Source: Balanoglossus misakiensis
Taxonomy: Eukaryota; Animalia; Hemichordata
Assembly (NCBI GenBank): GCA_040954595.2
Contig: CM082593.2
Span: 1,560,901-1,624,900 of the forward strand
Direction: 5' to 3'
Length of the DNA stretch: 64,000 nucleotides
Shown piece after piece: positions 1-11,510 of this stretch. The first letter of the stretch is position 1, and every line of letters starts with the position of its first letter. The notes beneath the pieces are model-generated. The model did not search any database. It was not told the origin of the DNA and saw only the letters and a list, made by a program, of their open reading frames with translations. Both the position numbers and the translations under genes were made by a program.

Positions 1-3000
1 CTTAGCTACCGTCTGTTTAACAGTGTAAACAAGTTTGGTCAGTAGCACATGAAGAGGGGATTTAACGTTATGAACTCTGTAGGCAGGGACAATAACAGCA
101 CAAAAAATACAAAAGGCTGTGTGTAGACACCCTGTTCAGAAAAAAAACACTGAAATTTCCTCTAATGGCCAAATTGTTATTCATAGGAATTTTCTTAGAA
201 GGATCTCACTCATAAGAATAACATTTTAAAATACTTTTATTGTTCAATACTGTTTATTTGATTACTACTCGACAAAAAAGATAGAAAAAGAATTTGGCAA
301 GGATCCAGCATCCAAGTTTCAGACTGTTTCATATTTCTGCTTTGTTTACTGTAAAATTCTGAATCATCTAAAATTTATCAATATCTTATTTGTAAAATTT
401 AATTCCCGCCTCGCAGATAAATTTCTTCAAGGTCTTTTCTCTGTTCTTTTTCTGAACCTAACCCACACGCTTTTAAATCAATTTTGTCCATGAAGCACAT
501 TGTGAATAACCTGCTGGAAATGTTCTCAATTTCTTCACGCCCACAGAACTAGCAAGTTATGACAATGTTGGACACGTAAACCATCACCATTTATTTCTAA
601 GTTTTCTGCAATCCTGTCTACATATTTGATGATCTGCATGAAGTTCAATAATCAAACATTTATAACAGTGTCGTGACTGCAGGCTAAGACTTCCGTCAAG
701 CTTTTGTGTCTTGACACTGCAAGCAGTCCACAGATATGATACCTTAGTTGAGTGTGTATGCCACTGTTGCCATGGCGATCGGTAAATTGATCTGGTTTCT
801 GTAATCAAGTTTCACCCCAAACCGATCGAGGATAGAAAACCCACTGCTGAAAAGAAATGGCCCGACGTTAAAATTACGAAAGTGGTGGCATTTGAAAAAT
901 GTCAGGATGGGCTCACGTACAAATTATGGCTAAATTAGCGGTGCATTTGCGTGCAGTGGAATACCGTCTTTTACGGGCTTCAACAGAGATAAATTGTTGG
1001 CTTATTATCACAATCGGATCAGGAAACAACTACCCGGTGACTGAGATTGCTGGGAAAAATAACAATTATCAGAAAATGTGATTACAGTAGATTTCTTGTC
1101 TCTGGCAAAAATTATTCTAAGAGAAGGTCAAATCATGTCGTTTCAAAATCACCGAATGTCTCTTATTTGAAACTGATATAGATGCCTGTTCACCACATAT
1201 GATATGAAGCTGAATCGAATAACAAAATTTCAGCTAGTCAGATATTTACGCAGCAAATTTCTTCAACTGTTTTCTTCCTGTATCACATTATCTGATTTTC
1301 TTCACTTTCATTTTTATGTGCGTCATTACAAAATGGCATGGGTCTCAGAATGCACTGAGCAAGGCAGTTAAATTGTCTTTACTATGGACAAAATTACTCC
1401 AAATATTCCGAGCCAATATTAAATGTTTACGTTCCTTCTTTTATGAGGAATCTTGAAAGGAGGTCGGAGGCAGCCAGAAGTGACAAAACCGTGGAGGTAG
1501 GGATATTCATGGAGTTTTTAATGAAGGCCACAAGTGGTTTTGTAGCATCATTCCCAAGGTCACCTAAGGAGTCAGAAATTTACTTTTCTCGCCAAGAGCC
1601 CACTTATCCAAACTAAGAATTTGCCCTTCAGTTCGACTAATATCAGCCGCCCCCCAAAAAGACTCTAGATTTGAAATGCGGCAATTATTTATAGATCAAA
1701 GGCTTCATTCTGATTTTCTGGCTGAAGGTCAAGACTAAATGTGTTTAAATATTGCTCATTTCTCGTAACTGACTTGTGAACAAGCACGTGAAGGCCACCG
1801 GCAGGAAGTGTTTTGCCGAGCATGAAAACAGCAAAATAGGAACTGCAGTTAGATTCTTATCATCATGATATCTCGAGTAATAACCTGAAACTAACATTTT
1901 TCTTCCATAAAATAAACAAAACATTCACTGCCTTGGAGCTGCATGGTAGAATGTTTTTATTTCATTTTCCTTCACAGAACTGATTGTACCTGTATTTTCT
2001 AACACGAAGAAGCCTACGGGTACTCAGAATTCTTTTTTTTATAATTACATTAAAATGTTTATATGCTCTTTTTGTTGAAGTTTTGCTAATGATCTCCAAG
2101 ATATTGTTACTATGCCACCTTTAATTTGTCCAACATCTTTGAGTAAAGTCTGCTTTCTCTTTTTTGTGAATAGAATCTGACAGGTGGCATTTATACATTC
2201 AAGATTTTATAAAGGAGAATAAACGGCAAGAAATAAATGATTGATGAAATATGAAGAAACTATGTTTTCTGTCAGCATTTATAACCAATCAAAGGTGTCC
2301 ATTATCGTACCTGAATGTCAAATATATGCACAAACGACATGTTTTGAAAGGTTGCAGGTACTGATATCAAACTTTTCACAGCAAAGTGATGATGGAGTAA
2401 GTAATGCATGTGTGTTAATCCACAGCAAAATAGTTCCTTGATATTTGTTTATTTATTTTTGAACTAAATTTCTATGTTGTATTTTTTGAAACCAGGACCA
2501 GACATTGAATGATATATGATCAATAATTAAACAGCTTGCTGAGTAGAATATATGAGCTCTTGACAACTGTTTAATCCTGGCTTGAAGAAATACTTTGCAT
2601 CAATACACCATAGCCACTCCACGCAAAGAGAACAGAGTTTCCTTCAGACTGCGAAATATCTGTAGTACTACTCCTATGTACTCCCCCCCACCAAATGGTC
2701 TCACTTCCCTGCATAAAAACAGCTTGTGGAACCATGAAAGATGTTTTTTTAATCTAAACAGCACATTTTATCCGATCATGGGACCATTGGAGAAATGGCT
2801 GAAGTGATCATGGGTGTCGCCATGGCAATGGTATATTCAGCTGACATCACTCTCTTTGATATGTTCTGATTCATCTACCATTCCTTATTTTTTTAAAAAG
2901 CTGACTTATTATTCCGATATAATCATTAGATTCTGTCAATCAAAGTTTTCCTGAACAGGCCATTCACAAGCTTGAAAGGCGAACCTAAAAACCGTGAAGT

Positions 3001-4365
3001 ATGACACTTCATGAAAATATAACAATTTTAGAAAACAAATGGATACAGTGGTATGGAAATAAGTTGCTAGGTAATTTCTTTGTTTTAAACTGTATATATT
3101 ACTCGCTCATGGGGCCCTTGGAAATTGTAATTTTTATGACAGATGCTAACATATGGAGACTGACTTTCAATTTTAGAGCCAAGGTGAGTGACCGCAGACA
3201 ACGTGTTTCATTGTCTGAGACTGGCTTTTGTTGCTGCGAAAATTTAACTTCAATGTAACAAATGTGAGCTATTCAAACGCACCATACACAAATTTCTGCC
3301 TGCTGCCAACTCAAATCAATTCTTGGCAATGATGAATCGTTAACATTTTTGACAGTCATTTTGCAATTATCTCCACTTTCAAAACATCTAGTAAAACAGT
3401 TTGGACATGGCTCTTTTTCTCAGTCCATAACAGTCAGCTGGCAGGGGTTCTAAAAATACACTCATTAAATTGGTAGAAAAGAGGTACGGAACAGAAGCGA
3501 CCCTGCACTAACCAGCCCACTAGAGGGCACCATCCACACCGAACAAATACCCAGAATGCATATGGGCAAGCCACAAGGAAAATCCCCACCTTTGGGAACT
3601 ACTAAACTGTTTCTTTTCCCCACGGGTTATTTACACCGCATTGGAAAAATCAATTGAACTATGATCAAATAAATATATAGCTCACAAAAATAGCTATTGA
3701 TGTTGACATGAGAGGTTTCTTTTATTCTCATTTAGTCCCATATCAAGGCCTCTGGGCTATACACACACAAACACAATGTGATATGCACCACTGTGTGAAA
3801 TACGAAACAAACTGTCTTGTACATTTACTGATATTTTAGGGGAATATACGAACACATTTACAAACAAGAAACTTACCTTACACATGGAATAAAATGGAAA
3901 TGTTGGAAGGGAAAGCTCAATTTCACAATTTCCAAAATATGCATCTTCAGTGGCAAAGTATATGAGCCACTGACGACGATAAAAGTGTACTATATAAATA
4001 GGTTTTTATGTGCAGATAACAGCACATAACCAGGTTGGCAGAATTCTAGGCAAACACACTGACAACATATGGTGTGACAAGATAGCTACATAAATCATTT
4101 TTATACACGAGTGTGCATTAAAATACACAGGCACAGCACAATGCTTGTGTATCCTAATTTTCCTTTCTTTCAATTCAATTCAACCTTGGTCATGTTGTCT
4201 GTATGTCCCACAAAAAAATCTCTCCATCTCTGCCATCATAAACTGGTAAGATTCCCTCCAACTGGATCAAACCTCCCCTGTCTATGTCTGTCTCTCTCGT
4301 ACAAGTCACACACTTACTCAAAGACATACAGAAATAATATAATTATCTTTCTTCACCCAACTGAC
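1..4365 (-). other. ZMIZ1: ZMIZ1 intron after the third coding exon, continuing beyond the left window edge
   Basis: Begins with the GT donor at 4365. By eye I found no match to the expected next exon ([20 protein letters not shown]-like) in 1-4365. Confidence 0.75.
3517..3530 (+). promoter_or_regulatory. CTCF core motif
   Basis: CCACTAGAGGGCAC is a 14/14 match to the CTCF core consensus CCASYAGRKGGCRS. Motif match only. Confidence 0.6.
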
Positions 4366-4471
4366 CTGCGGACTTCGGAGAAAACTTATCTCTGTGGGCG
4401 GCACACATCGCAAGAAGTCTGTATCCCAGATCCAAATCATATCCTTGCTGCGCTGCCACACGACTCACGAC
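4366..4471 (-). CDS. ZMIZ1: ZMIZ1 orthologue, third coding exon, 106 nt ([35 protein letters not shown] + 1 nt)
   Basis: Matches recalled ZMIZ1 [35 protein letters not shown]. Acceptor ttttctctgccatgcgtag ends at 4472; donor CAG|gtcagt at 4365-4360; phase 0/1, in frame with the previous exon. Confidence 0.96.
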
Positions 4472-5401
4472 CTACGCATGGCAGAGAAAAATATATGCAC
4501 ATTTTTAGAATTTTTATCCTGACACACACATTTGAAAGTTAACCTCATTGGGCTTTGGTGTCACTACAATGGAAATACTTGCCCTCTTTTCATTTGACCC
4601 CTGAAAATCAGAAAACCATGAAAGATGTTAACACCCTTAGCATTGCTTAGTACATATAACCAGTATTATTCAACATGTAAGCCTATCCCGCACTTATTTT
4701 TGTCAACACTTCTTGTTCACGCTTACTCTAAATGTGAAAATTTCAAGTGCTTGGCAAAACATTTCCAGAATTTTAACAGATGTAGCTTTTTGAAGACAAC
4801 AGTCGCAGAAAATGCTAACAAAGAAATGAAAACGGGTTACACAGTGGGGATAAATCTGGTTTAAAACACAAACAAACATCACCAGTCAGGCTTCAAGCAA
4901 TTGTCTCGTTTTGGATTTGAAAATTCACTGATGGTTTTACAGTCCGCATTGAACACAAGATAAATGGAAATTTTATTATTTGAAGAAAAAAGAAAAAGAA
5001 GAAGAGAGGGTGTCTTTCATCTGACTTCGCTTCAAGTGAAGAAAATGCATAAGATTTGTGCAAATGCCACAGGCCACACTCATCGAGTATTCAGAGAGCG
5101 TTCAACAAACATCTTACACGAGATTGGATTTGTTGATAGACGCATTTTAAATATTCACTGCCCAGACTGGTTTTTACGGGATCTCGGTATTTTTTCTCTT
5201 CAAGGTGCTTTCTGCATGTCATGTTGGATTATTCAGCCTTGTTCTGATCTGACCACTTTGTTCATGATAATCAGACTCGTGTTTTTTTGTCTCTCTGGGA
5301 TGAGTGAGATAGAAATGAGAGGTTACGGCTATGTTTTAATTTAAAGACATTCATCGGAACAAAGCAACAACACGATGGACAAAGCCTGTTCCTTTGACTG
5401 A

Positions 5402-5415
5402 TCAGTAGAGGGCGC
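5402..5415 (+). promoter_or_regulatory. CTCF core motif
   Basis: TCAGTAGAGGGCGC(TG) is a 13/14 match to CCASYAGRKGGCRS, in the same orientation as the 3517 site. Confidence 0.5.
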
Positions 5416-5913
5416 TGCTTACCAATGACAGCTTAAACCGATCGTATTGAGGTATCTTCACTGAATTTCACGCTGTGGCCAGCTAAGCTGATCACAACAC
5501 TTAATGCTCAATGGGAAAACGTAATAGGGGCTGAAATTTTAGGCGTGGACCACTTTCCTATTAATTGCGTGTTATTTGCACCAGTGTACACCACACAATA
5601 AAAAGGTGTTGGGAGCCATAAATAATTGTTTTACGTAACACTGACAAAAAAAGACATTGAGAAGTCCCTTCAAGTCAAGTGACTTTAATCTGTAATCATG
5701 CTATTCACTCTGGTGTTATGTTGGTTGGGGATTTGCAGGCGTTGCCCTTTGCAGAATCAAGTGGCACCACGCCCCGATCATGATAATTACGGCCATCCGG
5801 AAGAGCAACTCTCATATCACTCTCGCAGAGATATCTTCTGAAGAATCTCTACGAAATAACCCCTTTTTCCAATGTTGGAATTGCATATGTGTATTCCAAG
5901 GAAAAGAACTTAC

Positions 5914-6027
5914 CGTCAAACAATCCATCAAACTTTGTTCGAACGGTCGCTGGAAAGCTCTTTTGTCTGTGCACCACTCGTAGAGCTCTTGGGCGGCACT
6001 CTGGAAAGTGGCCGGGTTTTCCAAGTG
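5914..6027 (-). CDS. ZMIZ1: ZMIZ1 orthologue, second coding exon, 114 nt ([38 protein letters not shown])
   Basis: Overlaps track ORF 5812..6024. Matches recalled ZMIZ1 [38 protein letters not shown]. Acceptor tctcgtcttttgcacag ends at 6028; donor ACG|gtaagt at 5913-5908; phase 0/0. Confidence 0.96.
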
Positions 6028-7629
6028 CTGTGCAAAAGACGAGAAATCATACTATAAGCGTAATCAACACACTGAACTTCAAGTACGATTGTGGTGAATA
6101 AAGATATTTAAAGTTTGTGTCAGCCCTTTTTGTGATAAGTCATTGGCTGTTAGTATTCCAGGTGCACTGTACTTTCATGCAAATTTTTCAAATTCTAATT
6201 CAACACAAAAATACAATAATTTCCAAATAACTGCACTTATACTCCCTTTTGTCTGAGTCCATCAAACAATTATCAGAGAATTCGTATCAAGCACCCACTC
6301 CCAAAGGTTTACTATAATTTAACTGTGCCCAACAGTATCTCCTTGTTGATTGGTAGATTCGAATTTGAATCAGCCAATCACAATGCCTTGCCCAAGGCTG
6401 CAGATAGATAAAAAGCATAACCCTTGCTATTCATAATTATCAAAAAAGGTCATTGATGTATTATGATGTTATCTATTCATCAATTTTCCATCAAGTCAAC
6501 AAATTTTCTTTGCTCCCCAGATGAATCGGAGGAGCCATGATTCCCGAATGTCAATAGAATCTGACCGACAGATGAATATTAATTATCTCACAGTACAGTA
6601 ACTCTTGCGAGACGGCACTAAGGCCAATAGTGGGAGTCAATGACAACCCACGCTGTCGCAGAAATAATGCTTTGTTTGATACCTGCCGACAGGCTCTTGG
6701 GAAAGACTACTTGACTTTTTTGAATCTCCTGACATTTTCTCGAATATGTTCCCAGTTCCGACAGAAAAATGCCATGCAATATTAGCGTAACTTGGTATAT
6801 TCACAGAAAATGTCATTTAAAAATTCACCTTATTTCAAGGATCCATCAAATCTGCAGGCCAATCTAATATTTGTCTTACATTCTTTACTCTACCTTTTTT
6901 CCTTTTTACTGAACTCTTGGGATGAGTAAAACACCATATCATGATTTTTATGCAAAGAGCGGTCAACATTAAATGATAGTTTGTTTCTTCCTGAACCAGG
7001 ATAGCATTATTTGATCACAATGTCGTAAAAATTCTCAGGTGTACACTGTGGCTTTGACACGAAGAGGAAACTACTTACTGAACCAAATCGAAAACTGTTT
7101 CCAGATGTTTTCTTTCAAATTTCAGTATAAGAATGCAGGACTAAATATTTAACGAAAATGGTACCTTCCAAATAGATTTTGAAAAATGTATTACCAGTAG
7201 AGCTATTTGGGATCATCGCATGAAGGGAAGAAAATAAAATGTGGATGAATTTAATGTGAACGAGGACAGTACTTAATTTTACGTCAGTAGGCGTTGAATT
7301 GATGTCTATTTCATCAACTGTGGCTAGAAAAAAATAATGAAATACAAAAAGAGACAGCAACCAGCATAATATAAAATGCGAAAAAAATGTTACTAATAGT
7401 ATGATACCCATTGAAGTTATAGTTTCTGCTATTTTTAATATGACAAAAATAAACTGAACATCTCCTGTTACAGAGAACAACTGAGCAACATTGCAATGAC
7501 AGAGCGTTTTTTGTCCTAACATCGACTGCTAAATTCAAAAGAAATTTGTTAAATATGGACAATTTTCAACAGCTTTTTTGGCAGGAAAACAACAGTGCTG
7601 CAGGTACTGGTAGACATGTCAAAACTTAC

Positions 7630-7725
7630 GTGCTTGATGCATTGTAGTCGATCATTCGTTTGTTGTATGTGCCTATCCATGGCTGGACTAGGTAAAGAAG
7701 ACAAAAGGTCCCCTTGATGGTACAT
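7630..7725 (-). CDS. ZMIZ1: ZMIZ1 orthologue, first coding exon ([32 protein letters not shown]). Exon spans 7747-7630; the conserved Met is at 7680
   Basis: Manual translation of the minus strand gives [17 protein letters not shown], nearly identical to the vertebrate ZMIZ1 N-terminus as I recall it ([20 protein letters not shown]). Donor CAC|gtaagt at 7629-7624 (phase 0). Acceptor ttccttctttttttacag ends at 7748. An in-frame TAA at 7746-7744 bounds the frame upstream. Start could be 7725 or 7680. Too short for the ORF track. Confidence 0.93.
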
Positions 7726-10700
7726 TGAAAAATCTCTCTTCAGTTATCTGTAAAAAAAAGAAGGAAACTTTATAATTTAATGACGTCAACTTCATAATTT
7801 TATGACATCAGCCACTGTCAATGCAGGTGAATGATTTTGATGGTGCAAATCTGAGATGAGATTGATATTTTGATCAATATCAAATCTGTAACTAAAATTC
7901 AACAAGCTGGTTGAAATGTCTTCAATTTTATTGCCGATATTTAAGGCGAGATGTGATTGGGAAGAAATCATTAAATGGAGTCAATGACATTTTCATCAAA
8001 CGCATACTCATACATGTCACAAAAAATCAGAAAAGGCTATCGGCTCCCAATTATAGATTTGTCTCTTATCGAATTTCACACAGAAACGGTGGACAACATG
8101 TGACCAGTTGTACAGTGGTGGGCATTGGAGAAGACAGGCCTCACAAAGCCAGTCAAAACAAAACAGGACCAGAAATAAATACAGAAAAACTTGAACATCT
8201 GCCTGATTACCATCTTCATACCCCTGCAGCAAAAATCTTACATCCCAACCAGGGAAATTTGGTAAAAATATTACGACGTGCGTTTTAATTTTGCGTGCTG
8301 CAGATTATCACTTCACAATAAAAGGTCACAATCAAAATCAAAATCATCTCAATCAATTCTCAAAACGGAAACATATTGTAGAAACATCTCCTGCATGCTT
8401 TCCGGTATTCTCGTTTTTATCATCATTATCATCTTCTTCGTCTTTTTATGTCGTTACGACAGATCAACAGGAAGTCCATCTGTATTCAGCTGCATACTCT
8501 CTCTCTGTCCTCACACAATTATATTTCAGAGGATCTCGCTGCTATGACACACATCCTGTCTTTCACTTCATACAGCAAACTGTGATTTATCTCTTTATTC
8601 ACATCACTTTGACAACGGATGCTGACTTCGAGAAATCACCTGATTTTTTCCCCTCCCATAATTTGTTTTGTTCAAGCAAAAATCCTTTCTGTAAAAACAC
8701 ACAAACAAATCACCAATTTCTTGTGTCCTGTAAATTTCCTTTTTAATACAAAAATTATATCTGACATGAATGACAAGCATATATCATCTAATTTCCCCCT
8801 CCGTTTAACATTTTAAAAGAAAAAAGAAAAAGCTGGAAAAAAAGACAGAGTGTTGAACGTAAAATAAGACTTAAGGAATGTCTGGTAGGTAAGGCTAGCT
8901 ACAAGTTACATGTACTCAAAAAACTTGCCCGCGGGCAAACTAAGCCTTAATAGGCTTCTACAGCAGGAGAAAAAAAACAAGGTCACTCAATAAAAGTCAA
9001 GAGACGAGCTGCTGACGTAACTGTCCCCAGCCATGACATCACAATCTTCAATCTCTTCTGCTTCAAATTGGCGAAAACAACACATTGTTTACATTCTATT
9101 TCCATGACGGCACCGATTGGACGGTTGTCATCGCAACACTGATGATGCACTTCTGGTGTTGCCATAGCAATATACTAAATTTGAATACTACCTTATTGTG
9201 CCCTGGATTGGATTGTGGGATGAAAAGTATTCAGATGACAACAGGAATGATAATAAAATTAAGATTCACTGCATGATGCAATCTGAGACTCTCAATAGAG
9301 ACGGAAAAATGTAATGACGACCCTCCATTACAGCAATATTTTGTTTGTTTTTCCACTATCAAACTGACTTGCGTCAATCGAATTATTTTCTCTTAAACAC
9401 TGCCCTCTATGCCAAATGTTTGGCAAGCCATCGTAACTTTTATATGTTTTTCTCACGACCAACCCACAATTTTGAGAAGCAATCAAGGTACAAGTCACTC
9501 TTTACCAAGCAGTCATGTTACAAGTTTGCATGAAACTTTTAAGCTATGGCATGTAATAAATATTGAAACTGCCAATGTTTAATTTTGTTCCCAATGTAGA
9601 GATGTACAATGTAAATCTGTGAGGCACAGCTTCCAACAATACAGAATCAGTCTCTCGCTGTTTTCATGATGTGTCAGTGAACTTGAAACGTACTCAGATG
9701 TCAACAAAGGACAATAATGAACCTCGGAAGACCAAACAGCCAATGAAGACGAAGTCACGTTCATATCCCCTACGGAAATCTTGACACGTTACTTACCCCC
9801 GCTGTCATCAACACACTGAGAGCGCAAACACACGCACATTCTACCACTTCAATGACATTAATTGAACTGTCCTTACATTTTACATGTTTATGGTCTTTTT
9901 ATAGATAATACATCCCCATTAAAGCACGGTTCAACAGCAGAGCATGGCACGTTTTCTATTCATTGTATTCTTGTTTTTTTAATTTCAAGTTCCTGCAAAA
10001 TATCTATCACAAATAAAGTGATATTTTCTCAGAAAAACATGACAGGATGTATTTAAAAAAAGAGGCCCTTGGCAAACTCGGTTTCAGATCACGTATATTT
10101 GTCCTTCCCCTTAATGAAATGTAGATCAGTCCTTCTCCTAGTCAACAACAGAACAAAATGTTATGACTGTTTAATTCTGATAATGAACACCTCATTGAGT
10201 ATCACTGATTTCTTATCAGATCAAGCTGATACTAACTGTATCCTAGTAACAGGGAAGTTGGACGGGGCTCCCCAGATAGACTTTATCAAACGGCAGGCAA
10301 ATATCAAGTCACACCATTTCACTTTTAAAAAATATGAATATGAACAAGTTTCAGAAACTAAAAAGTGAAATAAAAGGTCTCATGGGAAATCCAATCTTGC
10401 TTAAAAAATTCCATCATCAATGAGCGAGTGTTAAATGCCACGATGCCAAAAGATAGAAAGGGCAAAGGTATAAGCAAATAGACTTAGTGTAGCAATTTTC
10501 CCCGTTGACATTCAGTGTATCACAGTATGTATTTCCATACTGAATGAAATTACTGTATTTATCCCCTTTCAACGCTAATTTCATGCAAAGAAGGTGTATT
10601 AATAATAAGGTCATTCACAAAGTATCGTATCGTATGTCCTCGTCACATTGTACGCTCTGGCATATCGTCCTCGACACTGCACATATTGGACAAAACTGAT

Positions 10701-11306
10701 GTACTTGGAAATAAAATCCAGTATTTTGTGAATAACCATAGAATGTTTCCAATTCCTTCAAACTAGTTTTTTGTTTGTTCAGGAGATCACTTCAGCATTA
10801 AAATCATTCATCATAAGAAGTACACGGATTGAAAGGGTTTCCTTGAGGAAAGCTCCAGGATGCCAATTCACTGAAAGGGTCTTCAATTCATGATACACCC
10901 ACTATCGCAACCTATGGCATTTAAATCGCATAATGACTTTCTTCACATGATGGTACTTTTAGTCCAAATATGACTGATGGTTCGGGAGTGTGTCTCACAG
11001 CCTGAAAAGCTACAGCCATGTCTGCTTAATTCTGCAACGCTATGTTAGAGACTTACAGTAAATAGAGGGGACTGTGAGCTCTTTACATGGAAAATACTTT
11101 TACAGGTAAATTCTGTTCGTGTAAGCAATGAAGATAGTAGGACTTTTTACCTACAGGTTATCTATTTTACTGTTGAGTAAAAGGAATTATGGCTTCACCT
11201 TATAAGTAATCATTCTCAGAAAATTTGAATCAAAAATTTCGTCTTTCACCGAATTTAGGTCAAACCACTGATCAAGTAAAATCTAACTTTAAGAGATTCA
11301 ACCAAG

Positions 11307-11510
11307 TGACCAATCATTGGCTTAGCCAGTCACTATGTGACCTGCAGATAGAGTAAACAGTCCAATACGAACCCACAGATGAACGGCATATAATCTAACC
11401 ATTGAGAAACAACAGGGAATTAACTGACCAATCACAATCAACTAGCCATAGGCAACTGTCCAATCAGTAATGATGAACGAATGAGCGCCAACAACCAACA
11501 ACCAATCATG
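11307..11510. promoter_or_regulatory. Homotypic CCAAT-box (NF-Y-like) cluster
   Basis: CCAAT at 11310, 11362, 11428, 11460 and 11502 (four followed by CA), a reverse ATTGG at 11316 and several one-mismatch copies, all within ~200 bp. Confidence 0.4.

Noticed and set aside
3866-3915. Minus-strand pyrimidine tract followed by AAG|gtaagt, considered as a recursive splice site or alternative exon
   Set aside because: The acceptor would be AAG rather than YAG, and nearby ATGs end in phase 0 or 2, not the phase 1 needed for the next exon.
4111-4542. 143-aa + strand ORF
   Set aside because: It overlaps the ZMIZ1 exon 4366-4471 on the opposite strand and has no recognisable protein features.
4539-4631. 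93-bp TTAA...TTAA segment the same length as the MITE
   Set aside because: No internal similarity to 61474-61566 and a poor terminal inverted repeat; likely coincidence.
5812-5913. C-terminal part of track ORF 5812..6024 ([12 protein letters not shown]...)
   Set aside because: Read-through into the intron; ZMIZ1 similarity stops exactly at the gtaagt donor at 5913.
11307-11510. Repeat-with-variable-spacer pattern considered as CRISPR-like (also 48005-48185)
   Set aside because: The cores are only 5-14 bp, degenerate and irregularly spaced. The context is a spliced animal gene with no cas genes.
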